64,000 nucleotides of DNA, taken from a virus. Under the pieces are notes generated by a model that was not told where the DNA came from, did no database searches, and saw only the letters and a program-made list of their open reading frames with translations. This document shows positions 39,874-49,130 of the stretch, in pieces. The position numbers were made by a program, and so were the translations under genes. The stretch lies in IMG/VR virus record IMGVR_UViG_3300027749_000049, positions 32,001-96,000 of that record. One strand, written 5' to 3'. Each line of letters begins with the position of its first letter. Position 1 is the first letter of the stretch.

Positions 39874-40824
39874 ATGAAAAACATAAATTCAAAAGACGTC
39901 GTAAGAACCTTAGCCGAAAACAAAGAGAGTTACGATAAGTACGTAAACGAGATTGGAAAAAACAGACCCTTAAGCCGGGAAGAAGAGCTTGAAACCTTTG
40001 CACGAATCGCGGCTGGCGACGAGACCGCGGTAACCAAGATTATAAAACATAACCTGCTGTTTGTTGTAACGGTTGCAAAGAAATACCAGAACGTTGTGCA
40101 ACAAGGTAGCTTGACTCTAGAAGACTTGATAAGCGAGGGTAATGTTGGGCTAGCCAAAGCGGTCCGCCGTTTTGACCCTGCAACCGGTAACAAATTTATA
40201 TCATATGCAGTATGGTGGATCAAGCAGACAATAATAGAAGCAATCAACGATCACGTTAAGGTAATCCGAATTCCTTCTAATGCAAGATACACTATGAATA
40301 CTCTTAATGAGATAGAACGAGAGCTTGAAGCAAAGCACGGCAGACCGGTTACGGTTGACGAATTATTGGAAGCAGCGGAGGTCCATCCAAAGATGGAAAA
40401 TAAAATGAAGCTCTCTACTCGAGTTATTGCAGACCTTAAAGGAGTAACTGGCTTTGAGAAAAGAATAGACGATCCAATTGGTCAGGATTCCGAAGAGAGC
40501 TTTGGAGACCGATTGGAATCTGCAGATAAAACAGATTCCGGACTATACAAGGAAGAAAGGTCTAGAGTAATAGAGGCAATGTTGGCTGGCCTAACGTCCG
40601 AAACACGGGAATGGATTAACTTGGTGTATGGGCTCAACGGCTCGGAACCTCAAAGTTATAAAAGCGTTGCTGACCGATTTGAGTGTAGTCCGGAAACTAT
40701 TAGACAGCGAGTTAACATGGCTCTCACTAGAATCCGCCGAACCCATAAAGATAAACTAAATTACTTTGACCCAAATTATACTGGAAGAGATTCACAGTAT
40801 AAAAGAATTAGACCGACCTGGTAA
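39874..40824 (+). CDS. RNA polymerase sigma-70 family factor (RpoD/RpoS-like)
   Basis: Region 1.2 LSREEE, 2.1 HNLLFVVTVAKKY, 2.2 DLISEGNVGL, 2.3 KFISYAVWWIKQ, 4.2 ETIRQ. Confidence 0.93.
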   Translation: MKNINSKDVVRTLAENKESYDKYVNEIGKNRPLSREEELETFARIAAGDETAVTKIIKHNLLFVVTVAKKYQNVVQQGSLTLEDLISEGNVGLAKAVRRFDPATGNKFISYAVWWIKQTIIEAINDHVKVIRIPSNARYTMNTLNEIERELEAKHGRPVTVDELLEAAEVHPKMENKMKLSTRVIADLKGVTGFEKRIDDPIGQDSEESFGDRLESADKTDSGLYKEERSRVIEAMLAGLTSETREWINLVYGLNGSEPQSYKSVADRFECSPETIRQRVNMALTRIRRTHKDKLNYFDPNYTGRDSQYKRIRPTW

Positions 40825-40920
40825 TTGTTAATAACTTTTGAAAAAAGATTCCCTAAACATTTTTTTGTTTGGGGATTTTTTGTTATATTTGTACTCTAAA
40901 CCAATCTAAAAAAATCAATT

Positions 40921-41154
40921 ATGAAACAGGAAGTTAAGATTAAAAAAGTTTACGCGGCCGGCATTATAAATCCAAAAGACCAATGGTCTTGGCAAGGTAC
41001 GGTGGTTGCCCATTCAATAGCGGAAGCTAAAAGATTATTAACCTCATATAAAAAAGAGGATGGTATGCAGGGTCGTTGCGAGGTAATCGATATGGATGGA
41101 CCTCATTATACAAATCGCCCAATCGGCGTAAGCGATTCTACTCAATTATTTTAA
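40921..41154 (+). CDS. Hypothetical early protein
   Basis: Directly after an early promoter cassette. Confidence 0.65.
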   Translation: MKQEVKIKKVYAAGIINPKDQWSWQGTVVAHSIAEAKRLLTSYKKEDGMQGRCEVIDMDGPHYTNRPIGVSDSTQLF

Positions 41155-41176
41155 ATCAATCTAAACCCCAAATCTC

Positions 41177-41305
41177 ATGATAAAGAAAATTATAATCGCA
41201 GCAATCGTAATACTGTTGATACTTAAGTTTAGACTCGTTGGAGAAATTATTATTTCAGTCCTAAATTTATTGGAGTCAATTGTACGGACCCTAATCTCAA
41301 TTTAA
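41177..41305 (+). CDS. Small membrane peptide (not in ORF track)
   Basis: MIKKIIIAAIVILLILKFRLVGEIIISVLNLLESIVRTLISI. Confidence 0.5.
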   Translation: MIKKIIIAAIVILLILKFRLVGEIIISVLNLLESIVRTLISI

Positions 41306-41404
41306 TTGTTAATAACTATTTTTAAAATAAATGAAAATAAATTTTTTAGTGTCAAACCTATTTGTTATATTTGTATTCTAAACCAATCTAAAAAAACTAA
41401 AATC

Positions 41405-41578
41405 ATGTCAGACAGAAAAATCGCCTTTACAATATTAGAAGAACTTCGCGCAGCGGGTTTTTCAGACACCCAAATCCTAGAAGATATTTTAGGTAATCAA
41501 TTATCCGGATCTGAAGCAGCAGAGGCAATCACTGCAACAGCTGAAGCATTTAACGAGTACATGGATTTTAATTCTTAA
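41405..41578 (+). CDS. Hypothetical early protein
   Basis: ATG 41405 after a promoter cassette. Confidence 0.6.
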   Translation: MSDRKIAFTILEELRAAGFSDTQILEDILGNQLSGSEAAEAITATAEAFNEYMDFNS

Positions 41579-41612
41579 TCAATTTAACCAACCCCTAAAA
41601 ACCTTATCAATT

Positions 41613-42008
41613 ATGGAAATCAAATTAACCACAACCGAATCAGAAGAAATATTTCATAACGCTCTTTGCAACGGGCTAGGCTACGTGCAAGGATATGGAA
41701 TCGAATTGGATTTCTTTAAGCAAGACTATGAACGAGCTTCTAGTGCCTTAAAGCAGGAAAATCCTGGAACCCAAATCTGTTACGAAGATGTTTTACTTAG
41801 ACTCTTGAAAGACGGTAAAGAACTTACAATGGTCGATCACGAATGCGAAGGAGAATATACTCGTTCTATTTCTATCAAGGATGTCCACGAGCGAGTTTCT
41901 AAAACTCCAATCAGACACTTGATGAATATGATAAATGAAGAAGACGATGCTGAAACTGCTGATGTAGTTTTACAGACAGTATTCTTTGAAGACGTAATAT
42001 TCGGCTAG
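41613..42008 (+). CDS. Hypothetical phage protein
   Basis: Ends DAETADVVLQTVFFEDVIFG. Confidence 0.7.
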   Translation: MEIKLTTTESEEIFHNALCNGLGYVQGYGIELDFFKQDYERASSALKQENPGTQICYEDVLLRLLKDGKELTMVDHECEGEYTRSISIKDVHERVSKTPIRHLMNMINEEDDAETADVVLQTVFFEDVIFG

Positions 42009-42132
42009 CCGGAACCGGCTTTGGCCGGTTCTCCCTAGTCCCAAATTGTTAATAACTTTATTTTTTAGTGTCAACTTAATTACTTATATTTGCTTTATCA
42101 ATTATTAATCAACCCTTAAAAACAAATCAATC

Positions 42133-42552
42133 ATGGCAACAAGAAGCAGAATCGCAATTGAAAATTCAGACAAGACAGTATCAAGTATTTACTGCCACAG
42201 TGACGGCTACCCTGAAGGAGTCGGTCAAACCCTAATGTCTTTCTATCAAGACAGAACAAAAGTTGAAGAGCTAATCGCTCTTGGCGATCTTAGTATCTTG
42301 GGAGCCCGAACAGCCCCAACCCCAGGTACTCCGCATTCGTTTGATGGAGAACGAGAAAAAGGAGTAACAGTAGCCTACCACCGGGACCGAGGTGAAGATC
42401 TCCCTAGTCCCAGACTTGATGCCGGGTTAGCGGTATTCAACGAGTCAGACGTTGAACAATACGGATACGTATTTACTCTTGACGGAGAATGGTACATGGT
42501 AGAAAACGGTACCGATTTTAGAGAATTAGTACCACTATCTGAAATATTATAA
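42133..42552 (+). CDS. Conserved hypothetical phage protein
   Basis: MATRSRIAI...SIYCHSDGYPEGVG...AYHRDRGE. Confidence 0.75.
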   Translation: MATRSRIAIENSDKTVSSIYCHSDGYPEGVGQTLMSFYQDRTKVEELIALGDLSILGARTAPTPGTPHSFDGEREKGVTVAYHRDRGEDLPSPRLDAGLAVFNESDVEQYGYVFTLDGEWYMVENGTDFRELVPLSEIL

Positions 42553-42611
42553 AAATAAATTTTTTAGTGTCAAAATAATTAGTTATATTTACAATCTAAA
42601 ACCAATCAATC

Positions 42612-43340
42612 ATGAGCAATAAAAGATTTGAAACAGCAGCCGGTCTGCCACAGTATTTTAAAAGTTTAGATAGGCATTCTAAACCAATCAGTAAAGAAGA
42701 AGAGCATAATCTGGCCAGACGAATTCAGGCTGGAGACGAGACGGCGGTAGATATTTTAGTAACAGCCAATCTTAAGTTCGTTGTAACTCTTGCCAATAAG
42801 TTTATTGGTATGGGCTTATCAATTGAAGACTTAATTCAAGAAGGAAATGCTGGTCTTATCGAAGCTGCTCGTAAGTTTACAGCAGATAAGAATGTAAAGT
42901 TTATAACCTATGCCCAATTCTGGATTCGCAAAAGATTAAATCTTTCTCTTTGCGAGTATGGAAGAACAGTTAGGATTCCGGTAAATCAGGAATACGATCT
43001 ATACAAACGCAAGATGGCAGGTGAATCAATTAACCTTACTAATATTGCACTAGATCGCCCAATCGGCGAGGATGGAGACAATACGCTAGGTGATCTTATC
43101 TTAAGAACAGAAGCAGTTGATCCATTTGAATCACAGGAAACTACACAGTTTATTAATCGATTACTCTGCAAGTTAAAGGTAACCGATAGAGAAATTGTAG
43201 AATTATTCTATGGTCTAGTAGGCGATGGCTTATCTACAAAAGAAATCGCTGCTCAAGTCGGTAAAACTCCAGCGGAAGTTAATCGTTCTCTTAAAGTTGC
43301 TAGAGCTCAAATGAGAAAGGAGGTTGTATGCAAACGCTAA
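42612..43340 (+). CDS. Second sigma-70 family factor
   Basis: ANLKFVVTLANKF, DLIQEGNAGLIEAARKF, KFITYAQFWIRK and a region 4 HTH. Confidence 0.92.
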   Translation: MSNKRFETAAGLPQYFKSLDRHSKPISKEEEHNLARRIQAGDETAVDILVTANLKFVVTLANKFIGMGLSIEDLIQEGNAGLIEAARKFTADKNVKFITYAQFWIRKRLNLSLCEYGRTVRIPVNQEYDLYKRKMAGESINLTNIALDRPIGEDGDNTLGDLILRTEAVDPFESQETTQFINRLLCKLKVTDREIVELFYGLVGDGLSTKEIAAQVGKTPAEVNRSLKVARAQMRKEVVCKR

Positions 43341-43543
43341 CTCATGCAAGTACAATGGCCGAAATGGCGGTAGATATTTTATTCTCGGAAGGAGACCCAT
43401 TCAGAGGTAAAGTAGACAGACTTAAATTATACGATGCAATTCGTCAAGCCACATTGAAGAAATTAGTTATTGAAGACCATGATATTCTAGATGAGGAAGA
43501 ATTCCAGGAATGCCTAAAGGTTTCTAAAATAGAAAATTGTTAA
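43328..43543 (+). CDS. Hypothetical protein
   Basis: Overlaps the sigma stop; preceded by AAGGAGGT. Confidence 0.6.
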   Translation: MQTLTHASTMAEMAVDILFSEGDPFRGKVDRLKLYDAIRQATLKKLVIEDHDILDEEEFQECLKVSKIENC

Positions 43544-43634
43544 TAACTTTTGAAAAATAAGTCCCCAACCATTTTTTTGTTTGGGGATTTTTTGTTATAT
43601 TTGCTCTATATTAATCAATTAACCCCAATAGACA

Positions 43635-43811
43635 ATGAAAAAGCCAAAGACTGCCCCAAAGAAATTACTCAAACAACTAGAGTATTTTAAACAAACTGCC
43701 GATTTCTTCCGAAATGCAACAGGAACCCAGAACGATTTGGATAATGCTGCACAATACGATCGATGGGCTGATGGTGTACAGAAACAAATAGATGATATTA
43801 TTAATTCTTAA
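43635..43811 (+). CDS. Hypothetical early protein (58 aa, not in ORF track)
   Basis: MKKPKTAPKKLLKQLEYF... directly after a promoter cassette. Confidence 0.55.
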   Translation: MKKPKTAPKKLLKQLEYFKQTADFFRNATGTQNDLDNAAQYDRWADGVQKQIDDIINS

Positions 43812-44025
43812 TCCAATATCCTATGAAAATCTTAAGCATTATAAATAATGAATTCGTAGAAATCCTATGGATTGACGATTCAGAAATAGAGTTAATTCCT
43901 ATTCAAGAGTTTATTGATATCCATGGGGTTGAGAAGTTAGAAGCCTTTAAAAATAAGGCCTAATCTTTTGACCCCAATTAGGTATAATAATACTAGCAGA
44001 AATAGGAAAATAAATAATAGAAACC

Positions 44026-44289
44026 ATGGCAGACTTAAATCAATACTCGCGAATCTTATTGGATCTTATCCATCTTAGACAGACTGATTACGATGCCTTC
44101 ATGAATAGACTTTATGAAGCCCTAACCGGCGAGTTTAAAGATGCTCTTTACGATAAGAGCCCAATTGAAGAGAAATCTCAAGCAGTTTGGAGCATGATAA
44201 AACATTTTGAAAAACAGGAAGAATTTGAGAAATGCGCAAGTCTCAAGAAGATGATAGAAGAAATTGACCATAAACCCCTTAACAAATAA
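44026..44289 (+). CDS. Small protein with UvrB/UvrC-like motif
   Basis: IKHFEKQEEFEKCASLKK; ATAAATAA at 44010. Confidence 0.65.
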   Translation: MADLNQYSRILLDLIHLRQTDYDAFMNRLYEALTGEFKDALYDKSPIEEKSQAVWSMIKHFEKQEEFEKCASLKKMIEEIDHKPLNK

Positions 44290-44360
44290 GACTATGTGTA
44301 TACTCGCAGGAATCCTAGTAATTGTAGCACTCATTGCTCAATTTAAAATAAAAGACTAAT

Positions 44361-44660
44361 ATGGCAGCTTCATTAATTAAAATCGTAACCTCAACCTCAA
44401 TTCGAGAGTTTACGCCAGCAGCAGTAGTAAAGATTGAATACCAGATTGGAGCAAGCAAACTAGATATTGTGTTGCACGGCTTGGTTGTTGTAACACTACA
44501 ATTACAGTCAGCAGCGGAAGCCTTAATCAAGCTAGGCCAGCTCGAGACTGCCATGAATTCTGGAACTGGGATTGCAACAATAACTGAGACGCCAACTGTT
44601 ACAACTACAACTGTTGCTCCAACAACTACCACTACTACATTAGGTTGGCCTCCCGGTTAA
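44361..44660 (+). CDS. Hypothetical protein with Thr-rich tail
   Basis: TTTTVAPTTTTTT. Confidence 0.55.
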   Translation: MAASLIKIVTSTSIREFTPAAVVKIEYQIGASKLDIVLHGLVVVTLQLQSAAEALIKLGQLETAMNSGTGIATITETPTVTTTTVAPTTTTTTLGWPPG

Positions 44661-44752
44661 TAACTTTGTTAATAACTTTTGGGAAATAAATTTTTTAGTG
44701 TCAAAAAGATTTGTTATATTTGTATTCTAAACCAATCTAAAAACAATCAACC

Positions 44753-45136
44753 ATGACAAAATTATTTTTAATTCGCTTCGGCCAAACTCCAAGTCCAATC
44801 GTATCGCAAGCATTAGCTCCGCATATCGTTGGTAAAGCATCAGCACTTCCAATTCCTGGTGCAGTACTATCCATCTTCAATACTGAGTCATCAATAGAAG
44901 ATGTGAGAGCATCCATTGAAGAAACTGGTGCATTCTTTATCTTAACGGATAATGCAGAATTAGTATTACCTCAACCACTAATGGCGGAAATTGAAAAGGT
45001 TTTCCCAAGTGGAGCTCAACCCGTAAAGGAGGATAAAACTTTAACGATGGATGATATCCTTGACCTAATAAGTCAAAATGGAATTGAGTCACTTACTCCA
45101 TCTCAACTCCAAATCTTAAGATCCGGTACTGTATAA
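44753..45136 (+). CDS. Early protein with DUF6576-like C-terminus
   Basis: MDDILDLISQNGIESLTPSQLQIL. Confidence 0.65.
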   Translation: MTKLFLIRFGQTPSPIVSQALAPHIVGKASALPIPGAVLSIFNTESSIEDVRASIEETGAFFILTDNAELVLPQPLMAEIEKVFPSGAQPVKEDKTLTMDDILDLISQNGIESLTPSQLQILRSGTV

Positions 45137-45148
45137 TTAACTGAACAC

Positions 45149-45176
45149 AAGACTCTCCTTAATGGAGAGTCTTTTT
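45149..45176 (+). terminator. Intrinsic terminator
   Basis: AAGACTCTCC-TTAAT-GGAGAGTCTTTTT. Confidence 0.8.
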
Positions 45177-45208
45177 CTCCGTGTTAAATAACCAAAAAGC
45201 ACCTAATC

Positions 45209-45424
45209 ATGAATGAGATAGTAAGACTATACTTAGAACAAAACGGTACCGAAACCTGTATCAAAGACCCAGCCGAAATGATCAGACTCTTGAGTTCTGC
45301 AACGGATGATATAGACCTGGATTACCATGACCAGCGCGGACACGCCAAAGCCGGATCAAGTCGAGACCTAATTGGAAAGACTGTTAAGATCGGAGACCAC
45401 GAATTGGAAATACCTCAACACTAA
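45209..45424 (+). CDS. Hypothetical protein
   Basis: 71 aa ORF. Confidence 0.6.
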   Translation: MNEIVRLYLEQNGTETCIKDPAEMIRLLSSATDDIDLDYHDQRGHAKAGSSRDLIGKTVKIGDHELEIPQH

Positions 45425-45513
45425 ATTGTTAATAACTTTTCCCAAAATAATAGGACCCAGATTTTTTAGTTTGGGTTTTTTTTGGTATATTAGAATAAAT
45501 AAACAATAAAAAA

Positions 45514-45960
45514 ATGGTAAACCTAAAAAAATTATTAGTAATAATTGCAGCTTGGAATCAAGCAGATCAGGATGAATCTACTTTAGCTGAATTACAATCT
45601 TACTATGCGGACAAAAATATCCAAGCTCTATCCTTGGAAGATCTGACAAGCCGTACGTCTTTCTTGCCTAATAGCCTTGTGATGACATGCGAAGATGATC
45701 CAAGAGATTCATGTTTTTATACAGAAGATGGAATTCATCTTACTCCAATAGTGATGATAGATGCAAATAGTCAAGAAGAAATAGATCCCAAAGAAGTTCT
45801 AACCGAAGAAGAAGCAGAAGACGAAGGTTACGAATACTACGACTTTGAAACGTTTATGGACCATTTCGAAGGATACGAAAACATACTACTAAACTTTAAA
45901 ATTACTAGAGTCAACAGTATTAAAGAAGGAACTGTACTTCGATTTGACGAATTTATCTAA
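45514..45960 (+). CDS. Acidic hypothetical protein
   Basis: 148 aa; terminator at 45981-46015. Confidence 0.65.
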   Translation: MVNLKKLLVIIAAWNQADQDESTLAELQSYYADKNIQALSLEDLTSRTSFLPNSLVMTCEDDPRDSCFYTEDGIHLTPIVMIDANSQEEIDPKEVLTEEEAEDEGYEYYDFETFMDHFEGYENILLNFKITRVNSIKEGTVLRFDEFI

Positions 45961-46251
45961 AAACAATTAATCTAGCTACAAAAAGCGGTTCGGAAACGGG
46001 CCGCTTTTTTTTTTTGAAAATAATTGGAAAAAGTTTTTTACTGTCAAGTTTTTGTTTTATATTAGCTTTGTAATTAATTTTACTACGGTTCGCTGAACAA
46101 GCGCAGAGGGTAGACTCCGACCTACGACACTGTGTAAGTTGTTAACACACGATTGTTAATAACTTTATTTAAAAATAATTCACAAATAATTTTTTAGTGT
46201 CAAACCTATTTGTTATATTTGCTCTATATTAATCAATTAAAAAAATCAACT

Positions 46252-46509
46252 ATGGCAAATTCAATGCAACCAATCAACGCTCAAATTCTTAGGTCAGAGT
46301 TAAATCAGCGTATCGTAAAATTCTTTTTTGTAAAGAAAGACGGCAGCCTCAGAGAGGTACATGGTACAACCAAACTTGCGCACGTTCCTGCGGACAAACA
46401 TCCACAAGGAGTACGTGAAACCCCAGCCAGCGTGATCACCTTCTGGGATCTCTTAGCGGGCGATTGGCGCAGTGCTAAAGTAGAAACACAATTCTTTATT
46501 AACGACTAA
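46252..46509 (+). CDS. WYL-like / SH3 beta-barrel protein (DUF2693 type)
   Basis: VKFFFVKKDGSLREVHGT...FWDL...WRS. Confidence 0.75.
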   Translation: MANSMQPINAQILRSELNQRIVKFFFVKKDGSLREVHGTTKLAHVPADKHPQGVRETPASVITFWDLLAGDWRSAKVETQFFIND

Positions 46510-46528
46510 CCCCCTAAACCTAAATCAC

Positions 46529-46714
46529 ATGGCAACACAAGAAGCAATCAATGAAGCAATTGCCCAATGGGGCGAAGACGCAGTCTATCAAGCAATGGAA
46601 GTCGTAGCGATGTCAGATGCTGACGGAGCTTGGTCAATGTTCGAAGATATGGGCATGTTCGAATGCGCGGAAGTAGTAGAATTTCTTTACTTCGATGGTG
46701 CGGCTGACGACTAA
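46529..46714 (+). CDS. Small acidic protein
   Basis: 61 aa ORF in operon. Confidence 0.6.
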   Translation: MATQEAINEAIAQWGEDAVYQAMEVVAMSDADGAWSMFEDMGMFECAEVVEFLYFDGAADD

Positions 46715-46768
46715 AGAATAAATAACTGTAGTACATTAGTAGTAATTAACCAATCAAAAATCAAACTT

Positions 46769-47899
46769 ATGCAAGAGAAAATCGGTAAAAAAGAAATCAC
46801 AGTCAGAGACTTTTTCGAGAACCACCATAGTGGTCGAGTTCCTAACTTAACAGTACAACAGCTGTACACGCAGTTCATGACGCAAGGCTCTGATGCTACT
46901 GGTATATCTTATGGCCTCTTCAATGGAGTAGTTAAGAAACTCCGCTTTGAGACCGGCGACTCCCTAGTCCCGGCTGCAGGTCAAAGTACAATAGCGCGCC
47001 CAACCTCACAAGACCAGGCGGACTCCGTAGTAACAATAAGCGACGAGCCGGAGATCTTCGAGATTGGATCAATGCAATTCCCTGACTTCAAGAAGTTTAC
47101 CACAGGTACAGTGTTTGACCAGTTAATGTCAGATCATGACGAAGAGGGCGGAGTGTTTGCAGGTACAGCCAATATAGTTATTGGAGAGTCAGGAGTTGGT
47201 AAGTCAACTATTACATTAGACCTCTTAGCTAAGATTAAACAGCAGCAACCGGATGCAAAGGTGCTCTATATCTCTAGTGAAATGACACGTAACGACTTGT
47301 ATTTCTATTACAAGAAAATGCCAATCATTGAAACTATTCCTACTCTCTTGATTATGGATTACCTACTAGGTCGTTTTGACAGGACCTTGCAAAAAGCAAT
47401 CAACGGCGACTATGACGTAATCTTAATTGACTCTCATCAGGATATTATTGTTAAACTAAAAGATGTCTTAGGCTGGAAGAGTACAAGAGCTGAGACTTGG
47501 TTAACCAATCTTATTATTGAAGCAGCAGACAAGAAAGGAAAAGCAATCTTTGCAATTCAACACATGACCAAAGGCGGTCAGTATGTTGGTTCAACCTATC
47601 TAAAGCATGCGACAACAAGTATGATGGAAATCCGCAAGGACGAGACTGGTCGCCGATACGCTGAGTTTACAAAGAACCGTCGTGGAGGTAGTCTGGTAGG
47701 TAAGCGCCTTTATTACTCCCTAGTAAACGGAGAGGTTCAATGGGACAAAGACTCATGGAGACAAGAGAATGTTGTTGCTGAACTTGCAGGTCAGGAGTCA
47801 GAACGCCGCCACCAGTTAGAGGGTCAGTTTAACGATCTTTTCTTGAGTGTTAAACGTCCAAGAACTGAAGAGGAAACTGCTGCTACTGAAGCCGAGTAG
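46769..47899 (+). CDS. RecA-fold ATPase, RadA/Sms-like
   Basis: Walker A GESGVGKST, LYISSE, Walker B ILIDS, HMTKGG..VGS..LKH and KNRRG (cf. RadA KNRFG). Confidence 0.8.
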   Translation: MQEKIGKKEITVRDFFENHHSGRVPNLTVQQLYTQFMTQGSDATGISYGLFNGVVKKLRFETGDSLVPAAGQSTIARPTSQDQADSVVTISDEPEIFEIGSMQFPDFKKFTTGTVFDQLMSDHDEEGGVFAGTANIVIGESGVGKSTITLDLLAKIKQQQPDAKVLYISSEMTRNDLYFYYKKMPIIETIPTLLIMDYLLGRFDRTLQKAINGDYDVILIDSHQDIIVKLKDVLGWKSTRAETWLTNLIIEAADKKGKAIFAIQHMTKGGQYVGSTYLKHATTSMMEIRKDETGRRYAEFTKNRRGGSLVGKRLYYSLVNGEVQWDKDSWRQENVVAELAGQESERRHQLEGQFNDLFLSVKRPRTEEETAATEAE

Positions 47900-47954
47900 T
47901 CGGAAACTAGTGCACAATTTTTAGTATATTAACCTTATAAAATAAAAAATAGAC

Positions 47955-49073
47955 ATGATAAACCAATCGCAATTCAACCAAGCAAAACAGGAACTTTCAG
48001 GATTAGATCCGTTAGTTAAGAGAGTAAAGCTCTCCGATATTATCTTAAATGATAATTCAATTAAACACAATTCAATTGAGATTGAAGGCTCAAGAGTTCC
48101 AGTCTCAGACAAGTTCTTCAACCGTCTAGGCCAAATGGTAAACCTTAATACTGGGTTAATGGGCAAAATGTCTAAGGTCGGGGACAAGGAGATCGAGACC
48201 AAGTTGTTGCAGTCAGTAAAAGCCTATTCTGAAACCCGCGATGGTGGTAAAGAGTTCTTATTGGTAGGCGACGGTGCAAGCCATCAGGTTACTAATATCG
48301 TGCGAGCTGACAAATACCACAGGTTATCTAACGATACCTTATTCGCGACTGCTGACACTATCCTAAATGAAATTCCGGATATGCATATCGAGTCTATTGA
48401 CCGTACTGGTCCAGGTGGAGTAAGTATTAATCTTATCCATGGCAGCCAAGTTGGTTACGAGAAAATTGGTAAGGACGAGGTATTCCGTTTTGGGATCTCC
48501 CTAGTAAATGGTGCTACATCAAGTCGAGTTGACGATTTCTTCTACCGCCTTGCATGCGCAAACGGTGCAGTTGCTCGTAACTTAAATACAGCATTTGAAT
48601 TTGGTAACGGCGACGAAGCCTTCCGTAAATTGCTAGAGCAAATGAGCGGTTGGGCAAAAGCAGGTTTTGTACCACGTACTTTCCAAGACAGACTGGAACG
48701 TGCAATGGTAACCAAAGCAAGCTATTCGGAAGTTGAAAAAGCCTTGTACTCAGTAACTGGTGCAATCGGCGAAAAGGATTTCGATATGGCTGCCAAGTTG
48801 GTAAAGGGTGCAGAACAACAGTTCTTCCCAGAATACGATGCGGCTACTAAACGTATCTTCCGTGCCGGCCACAATCCACTAAGCTTAACTGATGCTCAAA
48901 AGAAGTTTATCAAAACTGATGCTACGGTTTGGGATGTTGTTAACGAATTAACCTGGATTGGAAGTCATGATACAATCTTTGACCTTAAGAATTCAAAAGG
49001 TTTTAAAGTAGCAGGTGGTAATCTATTCGCTAAGACATGGGATCTAGAACATGCAGGTTTAGCGCAAATCTAA
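47955..49073 (+). CDS. DUF932-like protein
   Basis: KYHRLSN...GISLVNG...YRLACANG. Confidence 0.6.
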   Translation: MINQSQFNQAKQELSGLDPLVKRVKLSDIILNDNSIKHNSIEIEGSRVPVSDKFFNRLGQMVNLNTGLMGKMSKVGDKEIETKLLQSVKAYSETRDGGKEFLLVGDGASHQVTNIVRADKYHRLSNDTLFATADTILNEIPDMHIESIDRTGPGGVSINLIHGSQVGYEKIGKDEVFRFGISLVNGATSSRVDDFFYRLACANGAVARNLNTAFEFGNGDEAFRKLLEQMSGWAKAGFVPRTFQDRLERAMVTKASYSEVEKALYSVTGAIGEKDFDMAAKLVKGAEQQFFPEYDAATKRIFRAGHNPLSLTDAQKKFIKTDATVWDVVNELTWIGSHDTIFDLKNSKGFKVAGGNLFAKTWDLEHAGLAQI

Positions 49074-49095
49074 TCCTTATATAATACACACTCTA

Positions 49096-49126
49096 AGAAG
49101 GGGTCCTCAACAGGGACCCCTTTTTT
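49096..49126 (+). terminator. Intrinsic terminator closing the early module
   Basis: AGGGGTCC-TCAACAG-GGACCCCTTTTTT. Confidence 0.8.
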
Positions 49127-49130
49127 GGGT

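Larger units (their letters stand above)
37059..46250 (+). promoter_or_regulatory. About 10 copies of an early promoter cassette: TTGTTAATAACTT box, TTTTTAGTGTCAAA-like element, TTATATTTG/A, AACCAATCTAAA leader
   Basis: Boxes at 37059, 37705, 38930, 40825, 41306, 42046, 43537, 44666, 45426 and 46153; TATATTTG fits the Bacteroidota -7 consensus TAnnTTTG. Confidence 0.85.
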
